Shown one piece after another: positions 1-7,189 of a stretch of DNA of 10,681 bases. The stretch is taken from IMG/VR virus record IMGVR_UViG_2671181127_000010, positions 1 through 10,681 of that record; one strand, given 5' to 3'. Each line of letters begins with the position of its first letter. Positions within the stretch are counted from its first letter, which is position 1. The stretch is from a virus (taxonomy: Duplodnaviria; Heunggongvirae; Uroviricota; Caudoviricetes). The position numbers were made by a program, and so were the translations under genes. The notes beneath the pieces are model-generated. The model was given only the letters and a program-made list of their open reading frames with translations. It was not told the DNA's origin and ran no database searches.

Positions 1-1242
1 ATGGCGAGAAAAACACCCCCATTAACCACAGTGCAGATCAAAGCAGCCAGACCAGCACAAAAGGAGTACACCCTACAGGACGGTGGGGGGCTTTTTCTCC
101 TGGTCAAACCGTCCGGATCAAAACTCTGGAGATTTTCCTACTACCGACCATCGGACAAAAAAAGAATATTACTTAGTTTTGGATCGCTTGATGATGTTTC
201 CCTGGCTGATGCCAGAAAACGCCGTAGCGAGTACAGGGCGTTAATTCTTGCCGGAACTGACCCTCAGGACCACGAGAGGCAAAAACGAGAGGCAGAGGCC
301 AGAAGACAGGGGAATACGTTCGAAAATGTGGCTGCGGCATGGTATCAGGTGAAAATCAGCCAGAATCTTGCACCCAACACGATTAAAGACATCTGGCGAT
401 CGCTGGAGAAATATATATTCCCGTTCATCGGCAACACGCCAATAGATACCCTCACCGCCCGAAGGTTCGTTGAAGTGCTTACCCCCATCAAGGAACGCGG
501 CAACCTGGAAACACTCAAGCGGGTTTTACAGCGCGTTAATGAGGTAATGGATTACGCCGCCAACAGTGGGCTGATTGATGCCAATCCGGCTATGAATGTG
601 CGTAAGGCGTTCCCCTCCCCTGTAAAAAAACATATGCCAACAATCAGGCCCGAGCAGTTGCCGGAACTTATGCAGGCTTTATCCGTATCGGCAACAGAAC
701 GGCAAACCAGGCTACTTATTGAGTGGCAGCTACTGACCGTAACCCGTCCAGTTGAAGCATCGTCGGCACGCTGGGAAGAAATCGACATGGAGGCGCAACG
801 CTGGACCATACCCGCCGGACGCATGAAGATGCGCCGCGACCACGTTATCCCGCTTTGTGACCAGGCTATGGCAGTGCTGGAGGCTATGAAACCAATCAGC
901 CACCACCGCGATTATGTTTTCCCGAGTCTGAAAGACCCACAGCAGCCGATGAACAGCCAGACCGCTAACGCAGCATTACGACGCATGGGGTTCGCTGGCG
1001 TGCTGGTGTCTCATGGATTACGCGCCATATTCAGCACAGCAGCGAACGAGGAAGGATTCGAGCCGGACGTAATAGAGGCGGCACTTGCCCACGTCGACAC
1101 CAACGAAGTTAGACGGGCATACAACCGGAGCAACTACATAGAAAAACGCATCGTGCTGATGCGCTGGTGGGGCGAATTTGTCGAGGCTGCGGCGACGGGC
1201 GTAACCCTCGCCAGTGGTAAAAGGGGTATCCGAGCCGTGTAG
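1..1242 (+). CDS. int: Tyrosine recombinase / integrase, P4-family (413 aa)
   Basis: Full ORF from window position 1. N-terminus LFLLVKPSGSKLWRFSYY resembles the P4-type integrase N-terminal domain; C-terminal catalytic-type motifs HGLRAIFST and a terminal Tyr region (RAYNRSNY). Followed by alpA, the typical satellite arrangement. Confidence 0.9.
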   Translation: MARKTPPLTTVQIKAARPAQKEYTLQDGGGLFLLVKPSGSKLWRFSYYRPSDKKRILLSFGSLDDVSLADARKRRSEYRALILAGTDPQDHERQKREAEARRQGNTFENVAAAWYQVKISQNLAPNTIKDIWRSLEKYIFPFIGNTPIDTLTARRFVEVLTPIKERGNLETLKRVLQRVNEVMDYAANSGLIDANPAMNVRKAFPSPVKKHMPTIRPEQLPELMQALSVSATERQTRLLIEWQLLTVTRPVEASSARWEEIDMEAQRWTIPAGRMKMRRDHVIPLCDQAMAVLEAMKPISHHRDYVFPSLKDPQQPMNSQTANAALRRMGFAGVLVSHGLRAIFSTAANEEGFEPDVIEAALAHVDTNEVRRAYNRSNYIEKRIVLMRWWGEFVEAAATGVTLASGKRGIRAV

Positions 1243-1319
1243 CTGTACAGAAAACCAGTAAAAACTACGAAAACCATGTAAAACCGTCGTATAATTGCAT
1301 CAAATTTAACGACAAGGCC

Positions 1320-1571
1320 GTGAAACATGAAACCGTTAAGATGCAAAAAAATATCAGATGCAATTGCGACGGGCTGCAACTGGCCCTGATGGTTCAGCAT
1401 GAATTTTGGTCAACCTACGATCCGGAGGACAGAACGACGGCCCCATCAAAAAAACAGGTAGTAGATTTTCTGGTATCCCGTGGCGCTTCCAGAAATCTGG
1501 CGGTAAGTATTGATAAGGTCGTACGTCCGGCATCTATGAAGATCGGAGGCAGGCCCAAAAAATGGCGGTAA
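1320..1571 (+). CDS. Hypothetical small protein (83 aa from GTG 1320; in-frame ATG at 1341)
   Basis: ORF between int and alpA, ends 10 bp before a clean intrinsic terminator; weak RBS, start uncertain; no recognisable motif. Confidence 0.3.
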   Translation: MKHETVKMQKNIRCNCDGLQLALMVQHEFWSTYDPEDRTTAPSKKQVVDFLVSRGASRNLAVSIDKVVRPASMKIGGRPKKWR

Positions 1572-1581
1572 CAATCCTGGA

Positions 1582-1606
1582 AGCGGCAGAAATGCCGCTT
1601 TTTTTA
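1582..1606 (+). terminator. Rho-independent terminator (AGCGGCA-gaaa-TGCCGCT plus T-run)
   Basis: Perfect 7-bp stem, 4-nt loop, followed by 8 T residues. Confidence 0.6.
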
Positions 1607-1632
1607 TAATTCCATTTCAAATCATCAATATA

Positions 1633-1720
1633 AAAAACGGTGTATACCGTTTAAAAACGGTGGGAACTGTTTTTACCCATATCCGATGATTTACCGTATT
1701 TGTCACCGGAATACACCGGA
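1633..1720. promoter_or_regulatory. Repeat-containing region upstream of alpA (candidate promoter/operator)
   Basis: Direct repeat AAAAACGGTG at 1633-1642 and 1653-1662 (20-bp phasing); small palindrome ACGGT-gtat-ACCGT at 1637-1650; tandem CACCGGA at 1704-1710 and 1714-1720. Confidence 0.3.
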
Positions 1721-1738
1721 TTCACAAGGTAAATCACG

Positions 1739-1945
1739 ATGGAAGCAATCAGAAAAATTATCTTTCGCCAGGAAGTAAAAAAAATTATCCACATCAAGGC
1801 AGACAGCACGCTGCAAAGCATGATCAACGCCGGAGAATTTCCGCAGGGTTTTCGCGTTGGTTTACGCCGTCGCGGATGGTATGAGGATGATGTGTTGGCC
1901 TGGCAGAAAGAACGCGAACAGGAAGCACGCGGAACGGCTGCTTAA
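1739..1945 (+). CDS. alpA: AlpA-family (prophage CP4-57 regulatory, Vis-like) small DNA-binding regulator, 68 aa
   Basis: Size, position downstream of a P4-family integrase, and motif FRQEV...GEFPQGFRVGLRRRGWYEDDVLAW matching the AlpA pattern (RLPEV...GxFP.P.KLG.R...W...V..W). RBS AAGG 9 nt upstream. Confidence 0.75.
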   Translation: MEAIRKIIFRQEVKKIIHIKADSTLQSMINAGEFPQGFRVGLRRRGWYEDDVLAWQKEREQEARGTAA

Positions 1946-2093
1946 CGGGTATCACAGATATGACAAACACGAAAAAAGCGGCCCCGATATGGAGCCGCCT
2001 TTCTGAACAATTAACCCGCTGCGCCTTATGTGTATATGATCCCAAACATAAGCACGGGGATGATAGCCGCTATCAGGCTGGTGGGCAATGCAA

Positions 2094-2282
2094 TCAGTCT
2101 GGTTCAGTTCGTTGCCATACCTGCAATGAGCGCGTTTCCCTGTACTCTTTAAGGAATTGCTCAAGGGCAAAAGCACATGGCGCGAATCTTTCTGATTCAT
2201 GCTCTATCTTTCTGCGCCGTCTTTTCCGTGCCGGTGATAATGTTTTGGTCAATTCTTTATCGGTCATTGTGTTGTCCTGCAT
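2094..2282 (-). CDS. Hypothetical small basic protein (62 aa; alternative start at 2267)
   Basis: ORF downstream of the RHH gene on the same strand; contains an RRRRK run; weak RBS. Low support. Confidence 0.2.
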   Translation of the reverse strand: MQDNTMTDKELTKTLSPARKRRRRKIEHESERFAPCAFALEQFLKEYRETRSLQVWQRTEPD

Positions 2283-2324
2283 AGCAATGCGCCGTAATAC
2301 CTTACACCACGGCGCTGATGGTGA

Positions 2325-2630
2325 TTACTCTGGTTCTTTGGTCTTGCGGCGCTGGAGTTCTTCACGTGCGACAGTGACGAGCTGCCCGATCTCCTCGGCG
2401 GCTTTGATTCCGAGTTTTTCCACCTGCGCCAGTGCATCGAGCGAAGAAACTAGGGGATTTTCTCCACTTCCTTCTGCCTGGCGCCGGGCGATCTCACCGC
2501 GTACAGCCGTAACTATAAAATTCGCTTTAGTTTCCCCTGGCTGTAGGGATGCCTCAATGCCACTCACTACTTCATGTGGAAATCTGGCATTCAGTTGCTG
2601 TGACTTATTGTTAACAGAACTCCTGGACAT
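2325..2630 (-). CDS. Ribbon-helix-helix (Arc/Mnt-like) DNA-binding protein, 101 aa; candidate master repressor of the island
   Basis: Start ATG at 2630-2628 (minus) preceded by strong RBS GGAGGTG. N-terminus QQLNARFPHEVVSGIEASLQPGETKANFIVTAV fits the Arc/Mnt RHH pattern (hN.R.P.EV...A...G.S.N..I...V). Divergent from the Ash operon across an operator-bearing intergenic region. The long ORF-track version (2325..2810) is an N-terminal over-extension. Confidence 0.65.
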   Translation of the reverse strand: MSRSSVNNKSQQLNARFPHEVVSGIEASLQPGETKANFIVTAVRGEIARRQAEGSGENPLVSSLDALAQVEKLGIKAAEEIGQLVTVAREELQRRKTKEPE

Positions 2631-2660
2631 GTTTGCACCTCCCATTAATAACGGGATGCA

Positions 2661-2727
2661 GTGTAATACAAAAGTGAATACCAAAAAAGACTTGAAATGG
2701 TATTCACCTAAATGTAATGTGAATACC
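2661..2727. promoter_or_regulatory. Operator array in divergent promoter region (9-bp inverted repeats GTGAATACC / GGTATTCAC)
   Basis: GTGAATACC at 2674-2682 and 2719-2727, GGTATTCAC at 2699-2707; TGTAAT immediately 5' of sites at 2662-2667 and 2713-2718; possible -35 TTGAAA at 2692-2697 lying inside the first inverted repeat. Confidence 0.55.
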
Positions 2728-2765
2728 ACAAGTGCTGATACATGCAATTCAGCAATTGAAACGAC

Positions 2766-2800
2766 GAAGCCCCGCACTGTTGGAGCAGTAACGGGGCTTC
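2766..2800 (+). other. Stem-loop in the 5' leader of the Ash operon (GAAGCCCCG ... CGGGGCTTC)
   Basis: Perfect 9-bp GC-rich inverted repeat with 17-nt loop, 28 bp upstream of the 2829 start codon; no T-run, so not a canonical terminator. Confidence 0.3.
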
Positions 2801-2828
2801 TAACCAACAACGTAAACTAGGAGCCGTT

Positions 2829-3386
2829 ATGGTTGCTGTAAATCATATACCACACCTTGTACACACACAAACGGCCTTTGTGTGGCGTTTTCTGGCCCTG
2901 AATATCGGAGAAAAAAACCGCTTGATCGCCACCAGCAAAAATGGCTATGATTCCCGCGCACCTCATAAAACGGGTGTCGGGATTAGCCTCCTGAAAACAA
3001 CTGAAGCGCACAGCACGCGCCCTGCGTGTTTTTTTGTGCCGCATAGTCACACCTTATCAATGGTGGGCTGTACGGGGGCGGAGCAATCCGCGCCGGTTTC
3101 TTCAGTGTCCGGTAAGGCTAACCCTGTACAGTCCGCCACCAGCGAAATTAGCCTTTTGCGTGGCGGTTATCTTAACCACACTGAGGAGGCTGCCAACATG
3201 GCTACTATCCCTACCCTTGTACATTCTCAAACCGCATTTATCTGGCGCTTTATCATCTTTGGCGCGTCAGAATCTCAAATCATCCACGTAACCGCCTGGA
3301 CGGAACGCGAAGCGCGTAGCCGTTGCCCGTCAGGTTGTGTTGCTGTATTCGCCGCCCGTATTCGTCAGGGGTCACATCATGCGTAA
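2829..3386 (+). CDS. Ash-family-like protein with C-terminal Icd-like domain (185 aa)
   Basis: RBS TAGGAG 6 nt upstream of ATG. Contains two copies of the motif VH.QTAF.WRF and a C-terminal TEREAR...VFAARIRQG block, which I recall as the signature of Ash / Icd-like small proteins of P4-type islands (family name from memory, not verified). Confidence 0.55.
   Translation: MVAVNHIPHLVHTQTAFVWRFLALNIGEKNRLIATSKNGYDSRAPHKTGVGISLLKTTEAHSTRPACFFVPHSHTLSMVGCTGAEQSAPVSSVSGKANPVQSATSEISLLRGGYLNHTEEAANMATIPTLVHSQTAFIWRFIIFGASESQIIHVTAWTEREARSRCPSGCVAVFAARIRQGSHHA
3198..3386 (+). CDS. Icd-like small protein, 62 aa: in-frame internal start inside the 2829..3386 ORF
   Basis: Strong RBS GAGGAGG 7 nt upstream of internal ATG 3198; product MATIPTLVHSQTAFIWRF...TEREARSR...VFAARIRQG is a complete Icd-like unit. 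Could be a separately translated nested product. Confidence 0.4.
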   Translation: MATIPTLVHSQTAFIWRFIIFGASESQIIHVTAWTEREARSRCPSGCVAVFAARIRQGSHHA

Positions 3387-3843
3387 AAACCGCTTGCAAA
3401 AAATTATAACGGGGCTGTATGCTTCCCCAGTCGCCCACATGGCGACCGGGTTTAGCAGCCTGAATACTACAGCGGACAGCCGCTTACATTCCGATATGCG
3501 GTTTTTTTGTGTCCGTAAACCTACCCATACCCGCATTATGGCGGGGCGTAACGGGGGAGCCTTTGCGCTCGCTGGTTCCTGTAGTGCCAGTCTGCTAACC
3601 CTGTTACGTCTCGCCACCCCGTTTAGCAGCGTAGTAGCGAGACTCCTTAATTTCACTACAGGAGCCTTTCACATGGCTGTATTCACACGCCCTTATTTTG
3701 TCTGGCGCTTTATGCAGTGCCACCACAGCAGCATTGATATTTACACCGTTACCGCAGCCACTGAACGCGAAGCCCGCGCCCAGTTGCCGCACGCACATCT
3801 GATTTTTGTCGCCCGTATTCGTCAGGGGGTGTGCCATGCCTGA
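3379..3843 (+). CDS. Ash-family-like paralog with C-terminal Icd-like domain (154 aa from ATG 3379)
   Basis: Motifs FFCVRKPTHTRIMAG (paralogous to CFFVPHSHTLSMVG in the upstream gene) and YFVWRF...TEREARAQ...IFVARIRQG. Start 3379 overlaps the upstream stop by 8 nt; the ORF-track start 3337 is probably an over-extension. Confidence 0.55.
   Translation: MRKNRLQKIITGLYASPVAHMATGFSSLNTTADSRLHSDMRFFCVRKPTHTRIMAGRNGGAFALAGSCSASLLTLLRLATPFSSVVARLLNFTTGAFHMAVFTRPYFVWRFMQCHHSSIDIYTVTAATEREARAQLPHAHLIFVARIRQGVCHA
3673..3843 (+). CDS. Icd-like small protein, 56 aa: in-frame internal start inside the 3379..3843 ORF
   Basis: RBS CAGGAG 8 nt upstream of ATG 3673; product MAVFTRPYFVWRF...TEREARAQ...VARIRQG. 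Confidence 0.35.
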   Translation: MAVFTRPYFVWRFMQCHHSSIDIYTVTAATEREARAQLPHAHLIFVARIRQGVCHA

Positions 3844-4156
3844 TATGTCAAATTACCAGTACCTGATTAATCCGCATTTTAAGTGTGATCATGATATTGC
3901 TAAGAAGGTTTATTCCGCTGCTTATGGGGCTACTGACAATATATCAATGGGTATTGCGTCAATTGGTAGCCTGATGTGGTATGCGTCAGAAAATAAGGAA
4001 TATGACGAAAAGGCCATGCGCATTGATATGGGTAATATCGGTTTGTTACTGGCAATGCTTGGGCAGTTTGATATTTCGTTACGGTGCACCATTGAAAATG
4101 CCAAAGATGCATTAAATGCTATAAAGAAAGCGAATACTGATTTAAATCGGGGATAA
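3836..4156 (+). CDS. Hypothetical protein, 106 aa, AT-rich cargo-like gene
   Basis: ATG 3836 with RBS GGGGGTG, overlaps upstream stop (ATGCCTGA). About 35% GC in the first 60 nt versus clearly more GC-rich flanking genes. No recognisable motif. Confidence 0.55.
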   Translation: MPDMSNYQYLINPHFKCDHDIAKKVYSAAYGATDNISMGIASIGSLMWYASENKEYDEKAMRIDMGNIGLLLAMLGQFDISLRCTIENAKDALNAIKKANTDLNRG

Positions 4157-4162
4157 ATAATC

Positions 4163-4462
4163 ATGAGAACATATTTATCTGGCTTGACTGCCAGCGGCCC
4201 CGCTCGGCCTGAAATCCGCCCCGGAGATATTTTCAGAGATAACTACGGTGGCGTTGTTGAGATTAAAGGCGTGGCAGAACGGCGCATTACCTACCGCCGT
4301 GAAGGCTACGAATATGATTGCGTGATGCCTGTTTATCAGTTCCGGCGTGATTTTTCTCTGGTACAGGCAGCGCCCCGCAGTAAACCAACCAGCAGGGAGA
4401 AAGCACGCGCCAATATTCAGGAAATAAGAAAGATGTTGAATGTATTCAGGGGTAAAAAATGA
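4163..4462 (+). CDS. Hypothetical protein, 99 aa, immediately upstream of and coupled to the primase
   Basis: ATG 4163; stop overlaps primase start (ATGA at 4459-4462). Basic C-terminus. Function unknown. Confidence 0.55.
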   Translation: MRTYLSGLTASGPARPEIRPGDIFRDNYGGVVEIKGVAERRITYRREGYEYDCVMPVYQFRRDFSLVQAAPRSKPTSREKARANIQEIRKMLNVFRGKK

Positions 4463-6207
4463 AACTGGCACCGAACGTAAAAAAACAACCACGCGGAATA
4501 AAACACAAAGACACAGAGGTAATTATTTTCGCGGGTAGTGATGCGTGGGCACATGCAAAACAGTGGCAGGAGCAGGACGGCCCCGCATCCGGCGATAATG
4601 TGCCGCCTGTGTGGCTTGGGCCAAATCAGCTTGCCGAACTTGATGCACTGAAAATTGTTCCTGATGGAAAAAAACGCGTAAGGCTGTACCAGGCCGGAGA
4701 ACTGGATTTGGTGGAGACCAAAAAGATTGGTCAGAAGCTGGCGGCGGCAGATATTCAGGACGCAAATTTTTACCCCGAAGGAATGCACGTCCAGAAGTGT
4801 GAAAACTGGCGGCGCTATCTGAATGCTGAGCGTGAAAATATTGCCGCAGGGCTTACCATGCCGGAGCAGAAAAATACGCAACTGGCACAAATGGCAGACA
4901 GTGAGCGCGCGCAGCTGCTTGCCGAGCGCTTTGATGGCGTTTGTGTGCATCCGGAAAGTGAAATCGTTCACGTATGGCGCGGCGGGGTATGGTGTCCGGT
5001 CAGCACAATGGAACTTAGCCGCGAAATGGTGGCGATCTATTCAGAGCACAGGGCCACTTTCAGCAAGCGCGTAATCAATAACGCCGTGGAAGCGTTAAAA
5101 GTTATTGCCGAACCAATGGGCGAGCCGTCCGGCGATTTGTTGCCGTTCGCCAATGGTGCGCTTGACCTGAAAACGGGGGAATTTTCCCCGCACACGCCGG
5201 AGAACTGGATCACCACGCACAACGGCATTGAGTACACGCCACCAGCACCAGGGGAGAATATCTGCGACAACGCGCCAAACTTTCATAAATGGCTTGAGCA
5301 CGCAGCCGGAAAAGACCCGCGCAAGATGATGCGTATATGTGCCGCGCTGTACATGATTATGGCGAACCGGTACGACTGGCAGATGTTTATTGAGGCCACC
5401 GGAGAGGGCGGTAGCGGTAAAAGTACATTCACGCACATAGCCAGCCTTCTGGCAGGGAAACAGAACACGGTAAGCGCTGAAATGACCTCACTTGATGATG
5501 CTGGTGGACGTGCGCAGGTTGTCGGGAGTCGTCTTATCGTCCTGGCTGACCAGCCGAAATATACAGGCGAAGGAACGGGCATCAAGAAAATCACGGGCGG
5601 CGACCCCGTGGAAATAAACCCGAAATATGAGAAGCGTTTTACGGCGGTAATCAGGGCGGTGGTGCTGGCTACCAACAATAACCCGATGATATTCACCGAG
5701 CGGGCCGGAGGTGTGTCACGCCGTCGGGTGATTTTCCGGTTCGACAACATTGTAAGGGAGGACGAAAAAGACAAGGATTTGCCGGAGAAGGTCGCGGCTG
5801 AAATCCCCGTAATTATCCGTCGCTTGCTGGCTAATTTTGCCGACCCTGAAAAGGCACGGGCTTTATTACTGGAACAGCGCGACGGTGATGAAGCTCTGGC
5901 AATAAAGCAACAGACGGATCCGGTTATTGAGTTTTGCCAGTTCCTGAATTTTCTGGAGGAAGCACGCGGCCTGATGATGGGCGGCGGTGGCGATTCAGTG
6001 AAGTACACGACCAGAAACAGCCTTTACCGCGTCTATCTGGCGTTTATGGCATACGCAGGCAGGAGCAAACCGCTAAACGTGGCTGAGTTCAGCAAGGCCA
6101 TGAAGACAGCGGCAAAAGTTTACGGACATGAATATATTACGCGGAGAGTTAAGGGAGTAACGCAGACCAACGCAATTACAACTGATGATTGTGACGCGTT
6201 TTTATAA
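4459..6207 (+). CDS. Replication protein: primase / D5-type SF3 NTPase (P4 alpha C-terminal-like), 582 aa
   Basis: Walker A GEGGSGKST encoded around 5401-5427 in the D5/P4-alpha-type context (phage/plasmid primase P4-family C-terminal NTPase); RBS AGGGG 7 nt upstream; followed directly by an iteron array. Confidence 0.88.
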   Translation: MKLAPNVKKQPRGIKHKDTEVIIFAGSDAWAHAKQWQEQDGPASGDNVPPVWLGPNQLAELDALKIVPDGKKRVRLYQAGELDLVETKKIGQKLAAADIQDANFYPEGMHVQKCENWRRYLNAERENIAAGLTMPEQKNTQLAQMADSERAQLLAERFDGVCVHPESEIVHVWRGGVWCPVSTMELSREMVAIYSEHRATFSKRVINNAVEALKVIAEPMGEPSGDLLPFANGALDLKTGEFSPHTPENWITTHNGIEYTPPAPGENICDNAPNFHKWLEHAAGKDPRKMMRICAALYMIMANRYDWQMFIEATGEGGSGKSTFTHIASLLAGKQNTVSAEMTSLDDAGGRAQVVGSRLIVLADQPKYTGEGTGIKKITGGDPVEINPKYEKRFTAVIRAVVLATNNNPMIFTERAGGVSRRRVIFRFDNIVREDEKDKDLPEKVAAEIPVIIRRLLANFADPEKARALLLEQRDGDEALAIKQQTDPVIEFCQFLNFLEEARGLMMGGGGDSVKYTTRNSLYRVYLAFMAYAGRSKPLNVAEFSKAMKTAAKVYGHEYITRRVKGVTQTNAITTDDCDAFL

Positions 6208-6219
6208 TTTTTTGTAAAA

Positions 6220-6446
6220 GCCCTCTACCCCATCTACCTGAATGAAATAAACGCATATTATTCAACATGATAAGTGGGTAGAGGGCTAGGTAGAAGGCTA
6301 ATAAAACCTCTCTACCTCTTCTACCATGATTAAGATCGTTTGTGAGGGGCGGGTAGAGGATGGGTAGAGGGCCACGAAAGCCCTCTACCCATCTGAAAGC
6401 CGCGCCATTACTGACATGAAAGATGATTAGGTAGAGAGGTAGAGGA
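6220..6446. repeat. Iteron array / putative replication origin (11 copies of GGTAGAGG / CCTCTACC and variants)
   Basis: Octamer copies at 6222, 6231, 6277, 6289, 6309, 6318, 6352, 6363, 6382, 6430, 6438 in both orientations; perfect 14-bp inverted repeat GATGGGTAGAGGGC (6359-6372) / GCCCTCTACCCATC (6380-6393); AT-rich segment 6239-6275 between repeat clusters. Confidence 0.7.
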
Positions 6447-6493
6447 GGTGCACCACAACCTAAAACTTTTTAAACACGAGGGTAAAAATAAAA

Positions 6494-6772
6494 ATGCACA
6501 CATCAGGAAGATTTAACAAATCACTCAAAAAACGCAAAGACAGAACAGCACCAAGATATAAAGCGCTGGAGATGACAGAGCACGCCTTAAAGGTGGCTAT
6601 AAAGGTGATAGACATCACAGCGGGAGAAGGATACTCGAAAGCACATCCCGAACTAATAAGCGCATTCATGACCACGGCGGCGGCAAACTTTGCCACGCTG
6701 ACAGAGCGGGAGATTGCAGAAGCGGAACAGGTAACAACCATCAACGTTAAAACCGGAGAGGTGGAATCATGA
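6494..6772 (+). CDS. Hypothetical protein, 92 aa
   Basis: ORF directly after the iterons; stop overlaps the SSB start (ATGA at 6769-6772); RBS-like GAGGGT about 11 nt upstream. Confidence 0.5.
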   Translation: MHTSGRFNKSLKKRKDRTAPRYKALEMTEHALKVAIKVIDITAGEGYSKAHPELISAFMTTAAANFATLTEREIAEAEQVTTINVKTGEVES

Positions 6773-7179
6773 CAGCACAGATAGCCGCTTACGGGCGGCT
6801 GGTGGACGACCCGCAGGTAAAACAGACCAGCAAGGGTACACCGATGACGCTGGCGCGTATGGCGGTATCTTTGCCATGTAGTCAGGCGCAGGATGGGCAG
6901 GCGACGTTATGGCTATCGGTCATCGCATTTGGTAAGCAGGCCGACTTCCTGGCTAAACATCAAAAAGGCGACGTTGCCAGCGTATCCGGCACGATGCAGG
7001 TCAGCCAGTGGACCGGACAGAACGGGGAAACGCGGCAGGGTTATCAGGTTATTGCAGACAGCGTAATCAGTGCCCGTGCGGCACGTCCTGGCGGGAACAG
7101 ACGCAAAACCACAGGCACACAGGGTAATCAGCCACCAGCGGGAGACGATGACCCCTACGGTGATGATATTCAGTTCTGA
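6769..7179 (+). CDS. ssb: Single-stranded DNA-binding protein (SSB family), 136 aa
   Basis: N-terminal OB-fold pattern IAAYGRLVDDPQVKQTSKGTPMTLARMAVS and LWLSVIAFGKQADFLA...QVSQWTGQNGETRQGYQV parallels E. coli SSB; Gly/Pro/Gln-rich linker; acidic C-terminal tip DDDPYGDDIQF analogous to the SSB DDDIPF tail. RBS GGAGAGG upstream. Confidence 0.8.
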   Translation: MTAQIAAYGRLVDDPQVKQTSKGTPMTLARMAVSLPCSQAQDGQATLWLSVIAFGKQADFLAKHQKGDVASVSGTMQVSQWTGQNGETRQGYQVIADSVISARAARPGGNRRKTTGTQGNQPPAGDDDPYGDDIQF

Positions 7180-7189
7180 GGGGGTGACG

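Noticed and set aside
1-60. tRNA or att site at the left edge
   Set aside because: The window begins exactly at the integrase start codon, so the expected upstream tRNA/att region is not in view.
1960-2820. 286-aa plus-strand ORF
   Set aside because: Runs antisense through the RHH repressor gene (which has a strong RBS and a recognisable fold motif) and continues through the operator-rich intergenic region; low-complexity Ser/Cys-rich translation; no RBS.
4417-4971. 184-aa minus-strand ORF overlapping the primase start
   Set aside because: Antisense to two well-supported coupled genes; no RBS.
5283-6008. 241-aa minus-strand ORF inside the primase gene
   Set aside because: Antisense to a gene with a clear Walker A motif; Arg/Ser/Pro-rich composition typical of spurious ORFs.
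6220-6446. Possible CRISPR array
   Set aside because: Repeat unit is only 8 bp, occurs in both orientations with irregular 1-40 bp spacing, and no cas genes are present; it fits an iteron origin.
7070-7189. N-terminal extension of the 7190..7462 gene
   Set aside because: Overlaps the SSB C-terminal coding region in another frame; an RBS-preceded ATG at 7190 follows the SSB stop.
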